Source: Octopus vulgaris (taxonomy: Eukaryota). From it: 64,000 bases of DNA. Shown in pieces: positions 1 through 16,827 of the stretch. How positions within the stretch are numbered: position 1 is the first letter of the stretch; each line of letters opens with the position of its first letter. The position numbers and the translations under genes are program-made. The DNA is taken from positions 43,152,001-43,216,000 of the forward strand of contig OX597828.1 of assembly GCA_951406725.2 (NCBI GenBank). The letters are read 5' to 3'. The notes beneath the pieces were generated by a model. It was not told the origin of the DNA, searched no databases, and saw nothing but the letters and a program-made list of their open reading frames with translations.

Positions 1-620
1 ATAGATGCAAATAGGCCAGACATCATATTGAAAGACTTCAGACAAAGAACATGCCTCCTCATTGATATGACTGTCCCAATCGATATAAACGTATCTGTCA
101 AGACCTACCAAAAACTGAGCAAATATAAAGATCTTGAAATAGAAATCAGCAAAATGTGGAAGCTGAAGACTAAAACAATACCTGTTGTCATAGGTGCTCT
201 GGGAATGATAGCGAAAGGGACTGATTGCTACCTAACTCAGATACCAGGAAACCCCAAAATGGCAGAAATTCAAAAGATTGTGCTCATGGGAACTGCTCAT
301 ATCCTACGCAAAATACTCTCTATGTAATCCCAAGGTTTAAAACAAACTTTTGTTTTTATTTTTTATTTTTATTTATTTTTATTTTTTTATTTGTTTTTTG
401 TTTATTTTTATTTTTTTATTTGTTTTTTGTTTATTTTTTATTTTTATGTACAACACCAAAAAAAAACAAAAAAAAACCCCAAATATATGGCACAGAACTT
501 CTAACCTGTTGTCTCTTGAGGTCTCTGGGTGAGACTTGGAGCCAACTTGTACAGACATAAAGCAAAAGTCAAACATAGAATAATAATAATAATAATAATA
601 ATGATAATAATAATAATAGT
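1..620 (+). mobile_element. 3' end of an R4/Dong-clade non-LTR retrotransposon (restriction-like endonuclease domain, 3' UTR, (TAA)n tail)
   Basis: Frame 1 from base 1 reads IDANRPDIILKDFRQRTCLLIDMTVP...KLSKYKDLEIEISKMW...PVVIGALG, matching the RLE motif RPD-x-D-x-K-x2-KY. Stop at 327; ends in (TAA)n from about 579, the known Dong-type target. Confidence 0.85.
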
Positions 621-639
621 AATTATTATTATTATTTCT

Positions 640-832
640 ACAATAGGCACAAGGCCTGAAATTTGATGGAAGTAGACTAGTCGACTACACCGACCCAGGT
701 GCGTAACTAGTACTTATTCATCGGCAGGATGAGAGGCGGAGTCGACCTTGGCGGAATTTGAACTTCGAACGTAAAGACGGACGAAATACCGCTAAACATT
801 TTGCCCGGCGTACTAACGGTTCTGCCAGCTCA
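640..832 (-). mobile_element. SINE family A copy
   Basis: Reverse complement of the GAGCTGGCAGAA..GTTCAAATTCCGCCGAGGTCGAC..AAGTACCAGTTACGCAC repeat seen at 27155 and 47440. Confidence 0.75.
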
Positions 833-888
833 CAGTCTTAAAGACAATAATGATAATTACAATAACAATAATAATAATAATAATGATG

Positions 889-933
<45 letters not shown>

Positions 934-1212
934 TATAATTATTATAATAAGATATATTATAATACTATATGATTATTATAATAAGATATAATTAAAGAGG
1001 TATCGGAGACGTTCCCTCAATAGATGAGAATATGGAGCTATAATTCTAATTTCATATAGAGAGTAAGACTCCGATACCTCCTTGCTTATATCTTCAGTAT
1101 CCGACATGGATCCCATCTCTTTCGCACACGGATACCATTATAATTCTCTTAGATTCAAATTTTTCTGCTATGTTCCTTTTTAATTTCCTTATATTATAGT
1201 TTCTTTTCTTCC

Positions 1213-1302
1213 TGCACTGAGGAGTCTGTTGATATTTATTTAATTTCATTCAATCATGGATTTATATCATTATTATATCTCTGTACGAAACGATCGTCTG
1301 CA
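1213..1302 (+). ncRNA. Type I hammerhead ribozyme motif (long loop II)
   Basis: Stem I TGCA/TGCA, core CTGAGGA (1217-1223), GAAA (1287-1290), palindromic stem III CGATCG, GTC cleavage triplet. Stem II is weak (GT/AC). Confidence 0.6.
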
Positions 1303-1403
1303 AGAATTAAACTTCATATAAATTTTAACAAATTGTTTCCTCCATTTTTAACAAAATTGATGGGTTTTATGAAGCTTCATTTCATAAATTCCTCATACAT
1401 AAT

Positions 1404-1462
<59 letters not shown>

Positions 1463-1577
1463 CAAAAAGAAAGACGCGTAAATGTGAATATATATATATA
1501 TATATATAAAATACACATGTCTATGCATCTATGCACATATATAAATATATATACATATGTATGTATATATGTATATA

Positions 1578-1735
<158 letters not shown>

Positions 1736-2240
1736 CACACGACTTTACATATTCTTCAGCATTTCCAACATCAGCCTGCAGAGGAAAACCAGCAGAAAAA
1801 GAAAGAAAAAACAGGAAATAGTTAAAAAAATGAAAACACAGAATTAACTGGAAAAAAAAAAAAAACCAACCGCAGAAGAGCCGAAAAGATAAATACTAAC
1901 AAATGTGTTTTCACACCAACAAGAGTTATCAGGAAGAAAGACAATCATACAATTTGTTTTATTCTATCCTATTTTATTTTTTATTTTCAGTCGACACCAA
2001 AAGCTATAATTTCTCTTCAACTTAACTGTTGCTCGGTTACGAAACGGAGTGAACAAACAATAGTAAAATAAAGAATTACAACAAATAACACCAAATATTT
2101 GATTGAATGCCTCTTTGCAAGATCGCTAGACACATAGGAACCGCATTATTTTTTATTATTTTTTTTTCTGTCAATGGCTGGCCTGGACATCCCCAGTCAA
2201 CAGTGTATACGTGCGCATATGTGCATATGTAATTGCGTGT

Positions 2241-2294
<54 letters not shown>

Positions 2295-2612
2295 CTGTGT
2301 GTGTGTGTGTAAATAAATTTTATCTAGAAAATTTACTAGGTCTCTGTGTTTATGCGCGCATGTGTATATGTATGTGAATAGCCGTGCGTCTGTGAGTGTG
2401 TGTGAAATTATCCACACATACGCAAATTCGCGTATATACATACATATGCAAACATACACACACATCCATACGTACATGTATATATATATACATACATATA
2501 TACATATATATGCATATATAGTTATATATTTATATATGTATATATATATATATATACACATATATATAAATATATACATACATATAAATCTATACATACA
2601 TATATATATAAT

Positions 2613-2728
<116 letters not shown>

Positions 2729-2991
2729 CATATAAATGTGTGTTTGCATAAGTATACATAAATTAATCTTTCTTTTTTTTGTGGCTATAGGTATACATAA
2801 AGACAATCAACCATTAATGGAGAAATTATCTAACTAGTGTAGCAAATGTATTACTGTTTTTTCGTTTTGGAGATCAAGAAAGAGTTGACAGTGACATCGA
2901 AGTTTCGAACTAGTTGCTTTCGTCTGGCGTGTATGGAAATAAAGACTTACGGCAGGGATACAAGATTTCAGAGACACAGGGAGGAATTTCG

Positions 2992-3027
<36 letters not shown>

Positions 3028-3030
<3 letters not shown>

Positions 3031-3400
3031 ACTTAAATAACTTAGAAAGGTTTTGGCCAGTGTTGGCCCAGGCCATGTCTAACTTAATAGTACCACCTGG
3101 CGAAGTCTTTCAATTTAGGATTTGGGCATCAAAGCCCATTCGAGCAGAGAGTTATTGTTTGCGGAGACATATCCGGGTGTGGGTGGTTTGTCCGGGACTG
3201 TTTGAAGGAATTTGTCCAAAGACTTCTTGAATTTTGTGTGGTCAGTTTCTTTTTTGACGTGTCCTGGTATAATGTTGAAGAGAGCGGGTCCAATTGAGGT
3301 GAAATAGTTGTGCCGTATTGTCGTTATGTGATACGATTTAGATTTTTGTTGTGGACGGATGGCACGTGGTCCAAGCCTTGGATGTATTTTGAAGGTGATG
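3028..3400 (-). mobile_element. 3' fragment of a CR1/L2-type LINE ORF2 plus 3' UTR
   Basis: Translation ...FTSIGPALFNIIPGHVKKETDHTKFKKSLDKFLQTVPDKPPTPGY...NSLLEW* matches the typical CR1-like C-terminus. Confidence 0.75.
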
Positions 3401-3847
3401 ATATATATATGTATATACATATATACATGTATATATGTATGTATGTAAGTGTGTATGTATAGAAAGGGAGAGAAAGAGAGGGATACATACACACACATGC
3501 ATGCAAACACACACATACACATATGCACACTCACACATATATGAGCCAATGTACATGTGTAATTGAGAGATAAAAAGAGGGTAGTCAACCCCTAAATTTG
3601 TATGCTACAATCTGACTTGCATTGCATTAAGGTACTTGGGTTTTGCAGACGGGTAGATTCCCAAGGGCACCGTCAAGGCAAAGGGAGAGTTTGGGGCATA
3701 TTTTAAATATAGTGGAGCCCATCCTCCTACAGGCCCACTACAGCCGATTTCTTCTAGGATCAGTCAAGAACAGACAGACAAAATGTAAGAAACGAAAATA
3801 ATAATTGACCTCGGTATAAACCTGGTACTGTATCAAACCCAAAAAAC

Positions 3848-3905
<58 letters not shown>

Positions 3906-3961
3906 ATGTATACTAACTTCGATGCATACCTACATATTTATGTGCACCGGCGCGCGCGCAC

Positions 3962-4009
<48 letters not shown>

Positions 4010-4187
4010 GCATATCGATACTTTATTATTTCTTTGAACTGTATTTATTGTCATATTTCTACGTTGGCAAGTCTTGATCTTTGTAAATAAGTTTTTGGGA
4101 AATAGCTGAATAGGGAAAACGATGGAGAGAAATTTGATGAAAGAGAAAAAAGAAGAATAGGGAGAAGAAAAAAGAAAAACAATTACA

Positions 4188-6450
<2,263 letters not shown>

Positions 6451-6649
6451 ACAGTCATCTATCAGTGTTTATTGCAAGTAGGCAACAAAAGCTGCGTGCG
6501 GATGTCTTCCTACACACCTGATACAAAAGTGAACACAAAAAAGCTGTTATAATGCCTTGTCAAAATAGTATTTGGAGCTGGTGGATTGTCAGAAACGTTG
6601 GTGCATCGGACAAAATGATCTTCCAGACCTCTACGTTCTGAGATAAGAT

Positions 6650-6830
6650 CCGTAGAACAAGCTGCCAGACGAGATGGTGAAGATGCCGACGATCGCTTTG
6701 TTCAAAGTCTCCCTTGACCTCAAGTGGCCTGAACTCTTTACATGAACACCACCCTGTACTTAACTCCATGTCCCCCTACATGGCCTTGCTATTTGCTTTT
6801 GAGCCAAAAATTAACTAACTAACTAACCGC
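6650..6830 (+). mobile_element. Decayed CR1-type LINE 3' end with (TAAC)n tail
   Basis: Reads *NKLPDEMVKMPTIALFKVSLDLKWPELFT*, resembling the CR1 motif WNxLP..VV.....FK..LD; followed by aactaactaactaac. Confidence 0.6.
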
Positions 6831-7351
6831 CGAGGTGAATTTTGACATTCTTCCTTTCAGGGTCCGTACAATACAGGATCGTTATACGTATGTACGTGGT
6901 ATCAAGATTACTTCGCAACCCAATGGTTTTGGGTTCAGTCCCACTGCGTGGCAATTTGGGTAAGTGTCTTCTACTAAAGCCTCGAGCCGACCAGAGCCTT
7001 GTGAGTGGAATTGGAACAAGCTATTGGCGGAGGGGGAACAAACACAGACATAAAGACAGTTTATATTGTATTTGGTAACTATGCATACATGAATATGACT
7101 ATGTGTATATCTTTCTATATAAATAAATATGTATGTGTGTGTGTATACATACCAACAGTATACTACCAGCAAACAGCAGCTAAAGTTGCTTTAAAGTACT
7201 TCGAGCTCATTAAGTACACAGCTATTCCTGGCGCCATATACCTGGATTCCAATGAATCCTGTAAATGATCTCTTCCTCTCCCTCACTCTCCGTATTCCTC
7301 TCTTTCAATCGCAGAGAATATATATATATATAAATGTGTGTGTGTGTGTGT

Positions 7352-7433
<82 letters not shown>

Positions 7434-7654
7434 GGACTCCTTAAGTCTTGTATTCTTATTCGCATACCCGGCAACCCTGGTCGCTTACCGTGAAATATAA
7501 AAAGAACTTTTCTTAGTTTATCGTACTTCGATACGAAAAATTCAGTAAACCACTATTGTCGCTGAAATTTGTTTTTTTTTATATTCTCTACGGAGTGCTT
7601 GAAGCTAACTTTCTTCCTACACCTCGATCCTTGGATCCTATATATATATTTATA

Positions 7655-7844
7655 GTGAATCCAAACAAAGAAGAACAAACAAGAAAAGACAAGGCGAAGA
7701 CATGGTACAAGTAGTGCATTATCAAACGCTCAGGAAAGGAAAGAAAGAGGATTTAACGTTTCGAGCAAAGCACTTCTTCAGAAATAGAGGAAAGTCCAAA
7801 CGAAAGGAAGACGGAAGAAGAATATCGCTAACGATACACACGTG

Positions 7845-7850
<6 letters not shown>
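7655..7850 (-). mobile_element. Diverged copy of HHR-bearing dispersed repeat X (HHR at 7751-7785)
   Basis: Homologous to 41125-41330 and 57833-58050; minus strand reads ATTT-CTGAAGA-A-GTGC-TTT-GCTC-GAAA-CGTT-AAAT. Confidence 0.65.
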
Positions 7851-7940
<90 letters not shown>

Positions 7941-7976
7941 TATATAAATAAATATAGACATACACACATACATACA

Positions 7977-8020
<44 letters not shown>

Positions 8021-8563
8021 TATACATATATATATATACACATATATATATATACATGCATTAATATGTAGATATATATACATATATATATATGCACATA
8101 TATATATGTATTTATATATACATATGTATGTACACACATATACATATGTATATATATCATAAGGATTTGTAATAATACTATTCCACATATACAAAAACAG
8201 CCATACTACCAATCCAGCATAACTCCATCATCAGCTGCCCACAGATATCATTATGGTTTCGACACCTTGGCAGTACCGTTCAATCCGACGATGTCAGCAG
8301 CACTAAAATAAGTGTTGTTTGGGAACAAACATTCCAGAGAAACCACTATTTTCAAACACATTTACCCTATGTACAATCGTAAATCAATAACCAGCCTCTA
8401 GATATGTAAATAGACAGCAATCAGACCTTTAAATCGTACAAAAATATATATTCCCCTCAGTCAACCATAGTATAATATAAAAGTGAAAGCTGAATAACCA
8501 CGTTTATTCAATCTAAATATAGGGAGGATTAAACACTAACATTGAATTTAGACCACAAAAAAA

Positions 8564-8731
8564 ATCTATATAAATCTATGTACATCTGTATCAGTATTAA
8601 TAGTAAACCTACAATAAAAGATCTATATAAATTTTTGTACATCTGTATCAGTATTAATAGTAAACTTACAATAAAAGATCTATATAAATCTATGTACATC
8701 TGTATCAGTATTAATAGTAAACCTACAATAA
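8564..8731. repeat. 57-bp tandem repeat, about 3 copies
   Basis: Unit ATCTATATAAATCTATGTACATCTGTATCAGTATTAATAGTAAACCTACAATAAAAG starts at 8564, 8621 and 8678. Confidence 0.9.
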
Positions 8732-9132
8732 CTAAATTATATACTAAATAGCGACCAGATATAATATACATCGGCAATTGCCTAGAGTAGCTTAGAAGAA
8801 GACATATTGGTTAAAAAGGACATGATTACTCGGAGCTATGGCATTGCTAAACAAACACTTTAGCCACATGACTATACTTGTTTGCTTGGAAGAATATTAA
8901 AGCAGATTAATGCAAATGTGCTAGATGTCTAATAAGCCATCATCCTACTCAAAGCATAAATGTGTTGACATTAACAAGGATGGAAATCTGGAGAGGACCA
9001 AAAGGATCTTGGTAGATTTATTAGCCTGTTCAGGAAAACGAAATAAAGGTGTCTGTACGCCTGTTTGTTTGCCTGTGAATGTAAACGTGTTTCATTACGT
9101 AAATGAATATATACGGGAAATGAATCTATTTA

Positions 9133-9194
<62 letters not shown>

Positions 9195-9232
9195 GTCTGT
9201 CTGTATGTCAGTCTGTCTGTTTGTCTGTCTGC

Positions 9233-9266
<34 letters not shown>

Positions 9267-9524
9267 GTCTCTCTCTCCGTCTATCTGTCTATCTGTCTAT
9301 GTATGTATGTATGTATCTATCTATCGATCTATTTATCTATCTATCTATCTGTCTGACTGTCTGTCAGTCTCTTTGTCTGTCTGCCTACTGTCTGTCTGTC
9401 TGTCTATCTATCTGTCTCTCTCTCCGTTTATCTCTCTATCTGTCTATGTATGTATGTATGTATGTATGTATGTATGTATGTATGTATGTATGTATGTATG
9501 TATGTATGTATGTATGTATGTATG

Positions 9525-9609
<85 letters not shown>

Positions 9610-10201
9610 GTTTAATCTACCTGTATCAAAGATACACAGCTGTATATATATGTCTCAGCAGCAGCGAGTTTCCGATAGTTTTGGTTATCTAAAATACAGC
9701 TAGAGGCAGTTCAGTTGTTGAAAACAAAATAAGTTTCATTTGTAAAAACGTCGAATATTAATGTAATATATTGTTATTATTATATTTCGAGAATGAAAAC
9801 AATTGAAAACAATTGTTCCTGAGATTACGTACTCGACGTTTCCAATCTTAATTATGTTATGACCTGCGCAATAAAAATAACAAATCCATAAGCGATTAAA
9901 ATATATTTTCGATTGTATCAATTATAGATATGAAAGAAGAAACGCACAGAAACGATGCGTACGAAACAGACTCGCCGCCATGATAGAAACCACAGCCTAG
10001 AGTTATAAATATATCACGTAAACATAAAGAGATTTTGGTTTCTGTAATGTTTGTAATTAATTGTTTAAGAAATAATTAACAATAGGAGAATCTGTATGGG
10101 GTATATTACAATCAACTGAATATCCACAACGTCCACACTCACACACATATATTCTATATATATATAAACACACACACACACATATATATGTATGTAAATA
10201 T

Positions 10202-10247
<46 letters not shown>

Positions 10248-10601
10248 ATATTTACATACATATATATATATGTGTGTGTATGTATATATATATATCAAAT
10301 ATATTTACATACAACATATATGTAGATATATATATACACACACATATATTCTACTATTTATATTCTCTCTGTCTGCCTGTCTATCTGTTTCTCTGTCTCT
10401 CTCTCTCCCCCCCTCTCTCTCTACACACACATATCTGTGAGTTTCTGTATGTGTATACAGGTGTATGTCTCTATGCAAGTGCGTATTTATATGTGTGTGT
10501 GTTCAATTCTTATGAAATACTTTAATATTTAAAAGGGTTCGAAATTTTTCAGAAAGCAGTAAATTTAAGGTGAGATAAAACAATAAAAATCACATGCACA
10601 A

Positions 10602-10644
<43 letters not shown>

Positions 10645-10804
10645 TGTGTGTGTGTAAATACGTACACGCACATACACACATACTTTTCTTTACACTTACA
10701 CTCATGCAAACACATATATACATAAATTAATGAGTTATAAATACGCTATCGTAAAATTTCTATCTCTATATGTAGACATACACACACACACACACAAATA
10801 TATG

Positions 10805-10836
<32 letters not shown>

Positions 10837-11303
10837 CGTGTGTGTATATATATATATTTACATAAATACATACATTCATAGATACATATACATATATATA
10901 TATACATATATGCATATGTATACACAGATATACATAGATATACATATATGCATATGTATACACATATGCATATATACATTTCTATACATACACACACATA
11001 TATATATATATATATATTTATCTCTATATATACATATTTGTACATATATACACACACACCAGAGATATGTGTGTGTGTGTGTGTGGGGGGGCTTGTGTGT
11101 CTGTGTTTGTTCCCCCATCATCGCTTGATAACCGATGTTGGTATGTTTAGGTCAGCTTAAGCACGCGGCTCGGCAAAAGATACCGACGGAATCAATACTG
11201 GGCTTATAGAGAAGTCATGGGGTCGATTTGTTCGACTAAAACGCGTTGCTACAGCATGGCCAAACTCAAATGACTGAAACAAGTAAAAGGGAAAAAAATT
11301 AAA

Positions 11304-11377
<74 letters not shown>

Positions 11378-11635
11378 ATCTGTTTCTTTTTCTGCGATTG
11401 TGTATGAGAGTGAGATTGGCAACATGCATTCATACACATACATACATACATACATACATACATACATAAATACATACGTACATACATACATACATACATA
11501 CATACATACATACATACCATACATATATACATACATACATGCATATATGCATACATATACACATGTGAAAATATATTCTTACACACAAAGAGATACACAC
11601 ACATATACATTTATACGCACACACATATATATAGA

Positions 11636-11679
<44 letters not shown>

Positions 11680-12217
11680 TGTTTGCCTAGTGTGTATCAT
11701 TATTTATTCATCTACGTTACGTACTTAGGTCTGCATAATACTAATTATAAACTGATGTGTGTGTACGTGTGTGTTTGCGTATGTGTGTGTGTTTGTGTTT
11801 GTGTGTGTGTGTGAGTGTGTGCTTGTTTGTATGCATATTATTGTGAATATAACTACATATATACCTTCATATATATATATATATTTGTATCCATATCAAA
11901 TTTTTCATGTATACATACATACATGCATACATATGCATGTACATTTGTATGCGCGTATGTGTATATATGCGTGTGTGCGTGTATATATATATATATGTAT
12001 ATGTATATATGCTTCTACACTTATAATTGAATTATCAAAAGGACATATTTTACCTAGCAGCTTTTTAATTCGGAATAATTTTAGAATTTAAAGAAATTGA
12101 AAACCTCACCACTTAACTAATTGGATTAAAGTATTTCGCTGTCAAATTGAAATAAAACGAAAAATACTTAGACAATAAATACATTTAATACTACAACTGT
12201 TGCTGCTTGTAGAGGTG

Positions 12218-12273
<56 letters not shown>

Positions 12274-12499
12274 AACTACAACTACTACTACTACTACTAC
12301 TACTACTGCTTGGAATTGTATTTAGAGTAATTCATTACTGTTAGAATTATTATCATTATTTCCCATTCAGTATTGTAAATTAACGGATTCTTTAGGTTCG
12401 TCAGTAATAATCTTGACGGTATTTTTTCTGACTCGGTACGGTACGTTCTGGTTTCAAGTATCACCGAGGTCCACGTTGTTAGAATCTTAAGAGCGTCGG

Positions 12500-12530
<31 letters not shown>

Positions 12531-12673
12531 TATACATTCGATCTTTACATTCTGTGTTCAAATTCTTTCATTGTAAACTTTATCTCTTATCCTTTCAGGA
12601 CCATATTTAATAAAGTACCAGCCGCGTATTAACGTCCATACAATCCGCTTGTCCCTTCCTCATAAAATATGCT

Positions 12674-12728
<55 letters not shown>

Positions 12729-12732
12729 ATAC

Positions 12733-12804
<72 letters not shown>

Positions 12805-12814
12805 TGTACTGTTT

Positions 12815-13133
12815 ATTAGTCGTAAGACGCCCGCTGTTTTTGTCCTGTTTTTACCATTATTGTTTTTTGTATTTTATATTCCTCTGGCATCGTCCGTTTT
12901 TCTGTCCCTGTTTCGTATACATTCGATCCTTCTTCCAAGAAATATAATGCTCGTAGATTAGTTTTTCCTTGGGGCTGGCCGGATCGGAGCGATCTCAAGA
13001 TTAATCAGCCGAAATTGCTAGGATGATCCGGTTCTTGACTGAAGATTGAAGGCTCCGAATGTCCCGTCCGTGTTTTTTGTATCGTCTTCTAAATGTTTCA
13101 CGTTCTTGTCCCAGTTTGTATTTTTCTACATAA

Positions 13134-13135
<2 letters not shown>
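12815..13135 (+). mobile_element. Dispersed repeat Y (other copies 45350-45830 minus, 62310-62780 plus), probably PLE-derived
   Basis: Shared segments such as TTTTCGTATACATTCG, CTTGGGGCTGGCC, GACTGA and TTTTGTATCGTC. Confidence 0.6.
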
Positions 13136-13190
<55 letters not shown>

Positions 13191-13193
13191 TAT

Positions 13194-13397
13194 ATTTACT
13201 CTTTTACACGTCTCAGTAATTTGACTGCGGACATGCTGGAGCACTGCCTTTAGTCGAAAAATTCGACCAGCAGGACTCGTTCCTTGTAAGTCTAGTACTT
13301 ATTCTACTGGCCTCTTTTACCTAACCACTAAGTTTCGGGGGCACAAACGCACCAACATCGGTTGTCAAGCGATGGTTGGGACAAACAAAGACACACC

Positions 13398-13457
<60 letters not shown>

Positions 13458-13641
13458 AACACACATACGCAACGGGTTTCTTTCAGTTTCCGTCTACCAA
13501 ATCCATTCACTTTGGTCGGTCTGAGGCTATAGTAGAAGACACCTGCTAAAGTGCCATTCAGACAAGTGCCATTCAGTGGGACTGAACCCGGAACCATGTG
13601 GCTGGGAAGCAAACTTCTTACCATACAGCCATGCCTGCGCC
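13194..13641 (-). mobile_element. SINE family B copy (internal microsatellite)
   Basis: Reverse complement of the element at 16828-17326. Confidence 0.85.
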
Positions 13642-13650
13642 AACAAAATG

Positions 13651-13768
13651 AAATACAGCACCTAGGTTTCCCAATCAGTCACACATCTAAGTACTCACTA
13701 AGCTCGATGTTGCTTAACTTCAGTGATCCGACGAGAACCTATGCTTTCAACATGATATGGCCGTGTAC
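13651..13768 (-). pseudogene. 5S rRNA pseudogene (full length, diverged)
   Basis: Minus strand ACGGCCATATCATGTTGAAAGCATAGGTTCTCGTCGGATCACTGAAGTTAAGCAACATCGAGC..AGTACTTAGATG..GTGACT..TGGGAA..GGTGCTGTA is collinear with metazoan 5S rRNA over about 118 nt, with many substitutions. Confidence 0.85.
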
Positions 13769-13889
13769 TGTTCCGCGATGGTAAGACCAAGAAAAATGTA
13801 CTCCATTTACTGAGAGATAAATATTATTTAATGAACACAATATATGTTTTTATGTGCTGTTATTAGTTTCATGCGATTAAAGCATGCCA

Positions 13890-14121
13890 GGTACTACTTT
13901 TTAGCACTGGTATCGCAGTGCAATCTTCTGTCACTGCCCACATGATATAACAAGATAAAAATAGGACGATAGGATGAGAGAAAAGGCGAAAAAAGGTGAC
14001 CTTCTATACATACTAATTTTTCGCCTTTTCCCGCTTATGTTCTTATCATATCGTCTATTTGTAGCTCGTTATGATGTGTGGACAGTGCTTGAAGGTTGCG
14101 CTGAGCAACTAATGGTAGTAC
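13890..14121. mobile_element. MITE-like imperfect fold-back (~230 bp)
   Basis: Nested complementary blocks GTACTAC/GTAGTAC, CAGTGCAATCTTC/GAAGGTTGCGCTG, CACTGCCCACA/TGTGGACAGTG and GAAAAGGCGAAAAA/TTTTTCGCCTTTTC. Confidence 0.7.
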
Positions 14122-14172
14122 ATTAAAACATATTCTGTGTGCATGTATGTGTGTGTGTGTGTGCGCGTGTGC

Positions 14173-14235
<63 letters not shown>

Positions 14236-15079
14236 CTTGTATGTATGGTGTATGTACGTAATGCGTTGCGTTGGCAGAATCGTTACCGCACTGGAAAAAA
14301 ATCTTAGTAGTATTCCTCTTCACAATACGTTCTGAGTTGAGTTCAAATTTTGCCAGGGTCGACATTACCTTTCATCCTTTCGGAGTCGATAAAATAAGTA
14401 CCAGCTGAGCACTGAGCTCAATGTAATCAATATATACCCTACCCCGAAATACGCGATAGCACATATTCTGCTCAATCTCGCAGATTTGCTTCTCAATTGC
14501 TTGACCATAATCACTTGAGCATGCCCCTTAGTGCCTGACAATACGTGCATCTCTGATCATGACCAGGAGAAGTGGAGGAGCTTCAAAGCTATATTTTGAA
14601 AGGGATCTTTTACTGTTTGAATAACTATCCTAACAAAAGCATATTTTGAAAGAAACGCCAGCCATGTTTCATTCTTTTTAGGGGTATGCAAATAGAAAAT
14701 AAATGTTGTTACCCAAGGACAAAAATCGTGTTACATAGTATTATGTTGGAACTTTAGAATCAACTAGCAAAGGTGTAAGGTAAAATTAGAAAGAAAATTG
14801 ATTTTGGAAGTAATATTGGATCTAGTTAAGTTGCTCACTTAAGTCGCATTGCTGCCTTTGTGTATTTATATACTTTCATTAATGAAACAAAAAAAGTGCT
14901 TTTCATTACTGAACCAAAATTGTGCTTTGTTGGGGATTTAATTATTTGAAAAAAAAAAAAGATTTAAATTATTAATATATAAATTAACGATGGAGGTGTT
15001 CTTTAAACTACAAGGAATGCAATAGTTAACAATTCGTTAGAAGCATATATATACCCATTAAAAATTGTATGTATGTATG

Positions 15080-15166
<87 letters not shown>

Positions 15167-15692
15167 CAGGATAGAAAATGATGGTATGTTCTAACTAGCA
15201 TAATAATTGAGTTTAATTTAATTATGAGAATTAGAGCTAAATTAAGAAAGGAAATCTGTATGTATGTATGTGTGCGTGTATGTCAGTATGTGTGTATGTG
15301 TGTATGTGCGAGTATGTGTGAGCACCCTTACATGTGTAAGATATTTTATTTTCGTGATTATAAATTTATGAAGCGATCTGCGTGGTTCTCTGTAAAAAAT
15401 TCTCTTGTTCTTTAATGCCAATGGAATTTGTCTGAATTGATAATTCGAACGGGTGCAGGTTGTGCTAAGAAACCGACACCTGAAGATGGATATTTTATAC
15501 TTAGCTAATCATACCAGAGACTGTGTAGGTGAACATTAGTCTTTCAGTGTAGTTTCTTTTAGCTATAAATTTCTTCTCTTTCTATCTTTCAATGTATGTA
15601 TGTATGTATGTATGTATGTATGTATGTATTAATTTCTCTTCAGTCTATATATTCAGCTACATATCTTTCAATGTGTATGTGTATATATATAT

Positions 15693-15770
<78 letters not shown>

Positions 15771-15927
15771 CATATATATATATAGGAAAGGAAAATTTTT
15801 TTCCTTTCCTATCATTTCTCCACGTGCGGTTAGCACATCCCTCCATTTACTGATTTATATATGTATATAAATTTCTCATCAGTCTATCTATCTATCTTTT
15901 AATATATGTATGTGTGTGTATGTATGC

Positions 15928-15977
<50 letters not shown>

Positions 15978-16029
15978 GTATTATACATATATGTAAGTAT
16001 ATATATTGTATTGTACTGTATTTTGGGAG

Positions 16030-16400
16030 GGTCATTGCGCCAATAATTGAAGGCACATTTACTGATTCAATTTCGCATATTCATTGTTAGTTGATTAATT
16101 ATTTAACCAACCATCTAATCAATCGGATGCTTAATCTGCTGATAAAACAATCGATCAGATGTTTATCGAAGTAATTTCAGGAACCTACCAAAGACATGAC
16201 TTCTCTCCTCCACACTTGAAGCAGACCTGGATTAGTGAAGGTAAGTCATTGATGAGGTCACGAATCTGATCGATTGTTTAACCAATTGATTAAGCAAGTG
16301 ATCAATTCGTGAGTTAGTTAAGTTAGTTAACAACAGCACGACAATAAAGAACTGAATCTGAACCAGTGCGTATGTTTATTATCATTTGCACAATGATACA
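16030..16400. mobile_element. MITE-like imperfect fold-back (~370 bp)
   Basis: Perfect AAACAATCGATCAGAT/ATCTGATCGATTGTTT and TGCTTAATC/GATTAAGCA, plus weaker outer matches. Confidence 0.65.
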
Positions 16401-16467
16401 AAATTTATTTCAATATGCGTTCAACTCAATTTCCTCGCAAACCAAATAAAATAGAAGTACACACACA

Positions 16468-16571
<104 letters not shown>

Positions 16572-16827
16572 TGCCGATTCCAAATAAAATCACGTTGAAC
16601 ATTCTTTAAAGTGGTTGGCTTTAGGAAGAGCATTCAGGTATAGAAACCTTGCAAAAAACAGACAAATGGAGTTCGGGACAGCGCTACGGCTGGCCAAAAG
16701 GTCGAGCCCATGCCAGCACGAGCGCAGCTGCCTAACCACTAAGCTACGCCTCTCCAGAGACACACACACACATATATACTTGGAAATAGATGCTTGGCGT
16801 TCGATTAAATAATAAATTATACATAAT

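Noticed and set aside
1040-1100. Minus-strand CTGAAGA...GAAA as a second hammerhead
   Set aside because: Stems I and III cannot be formed with a valid UH site.
8564-8731. Regular repeats as a CRISPR-like array
   Set aside because: Head-to-tail tandem units without unique spacers, in a eukaryotic context.
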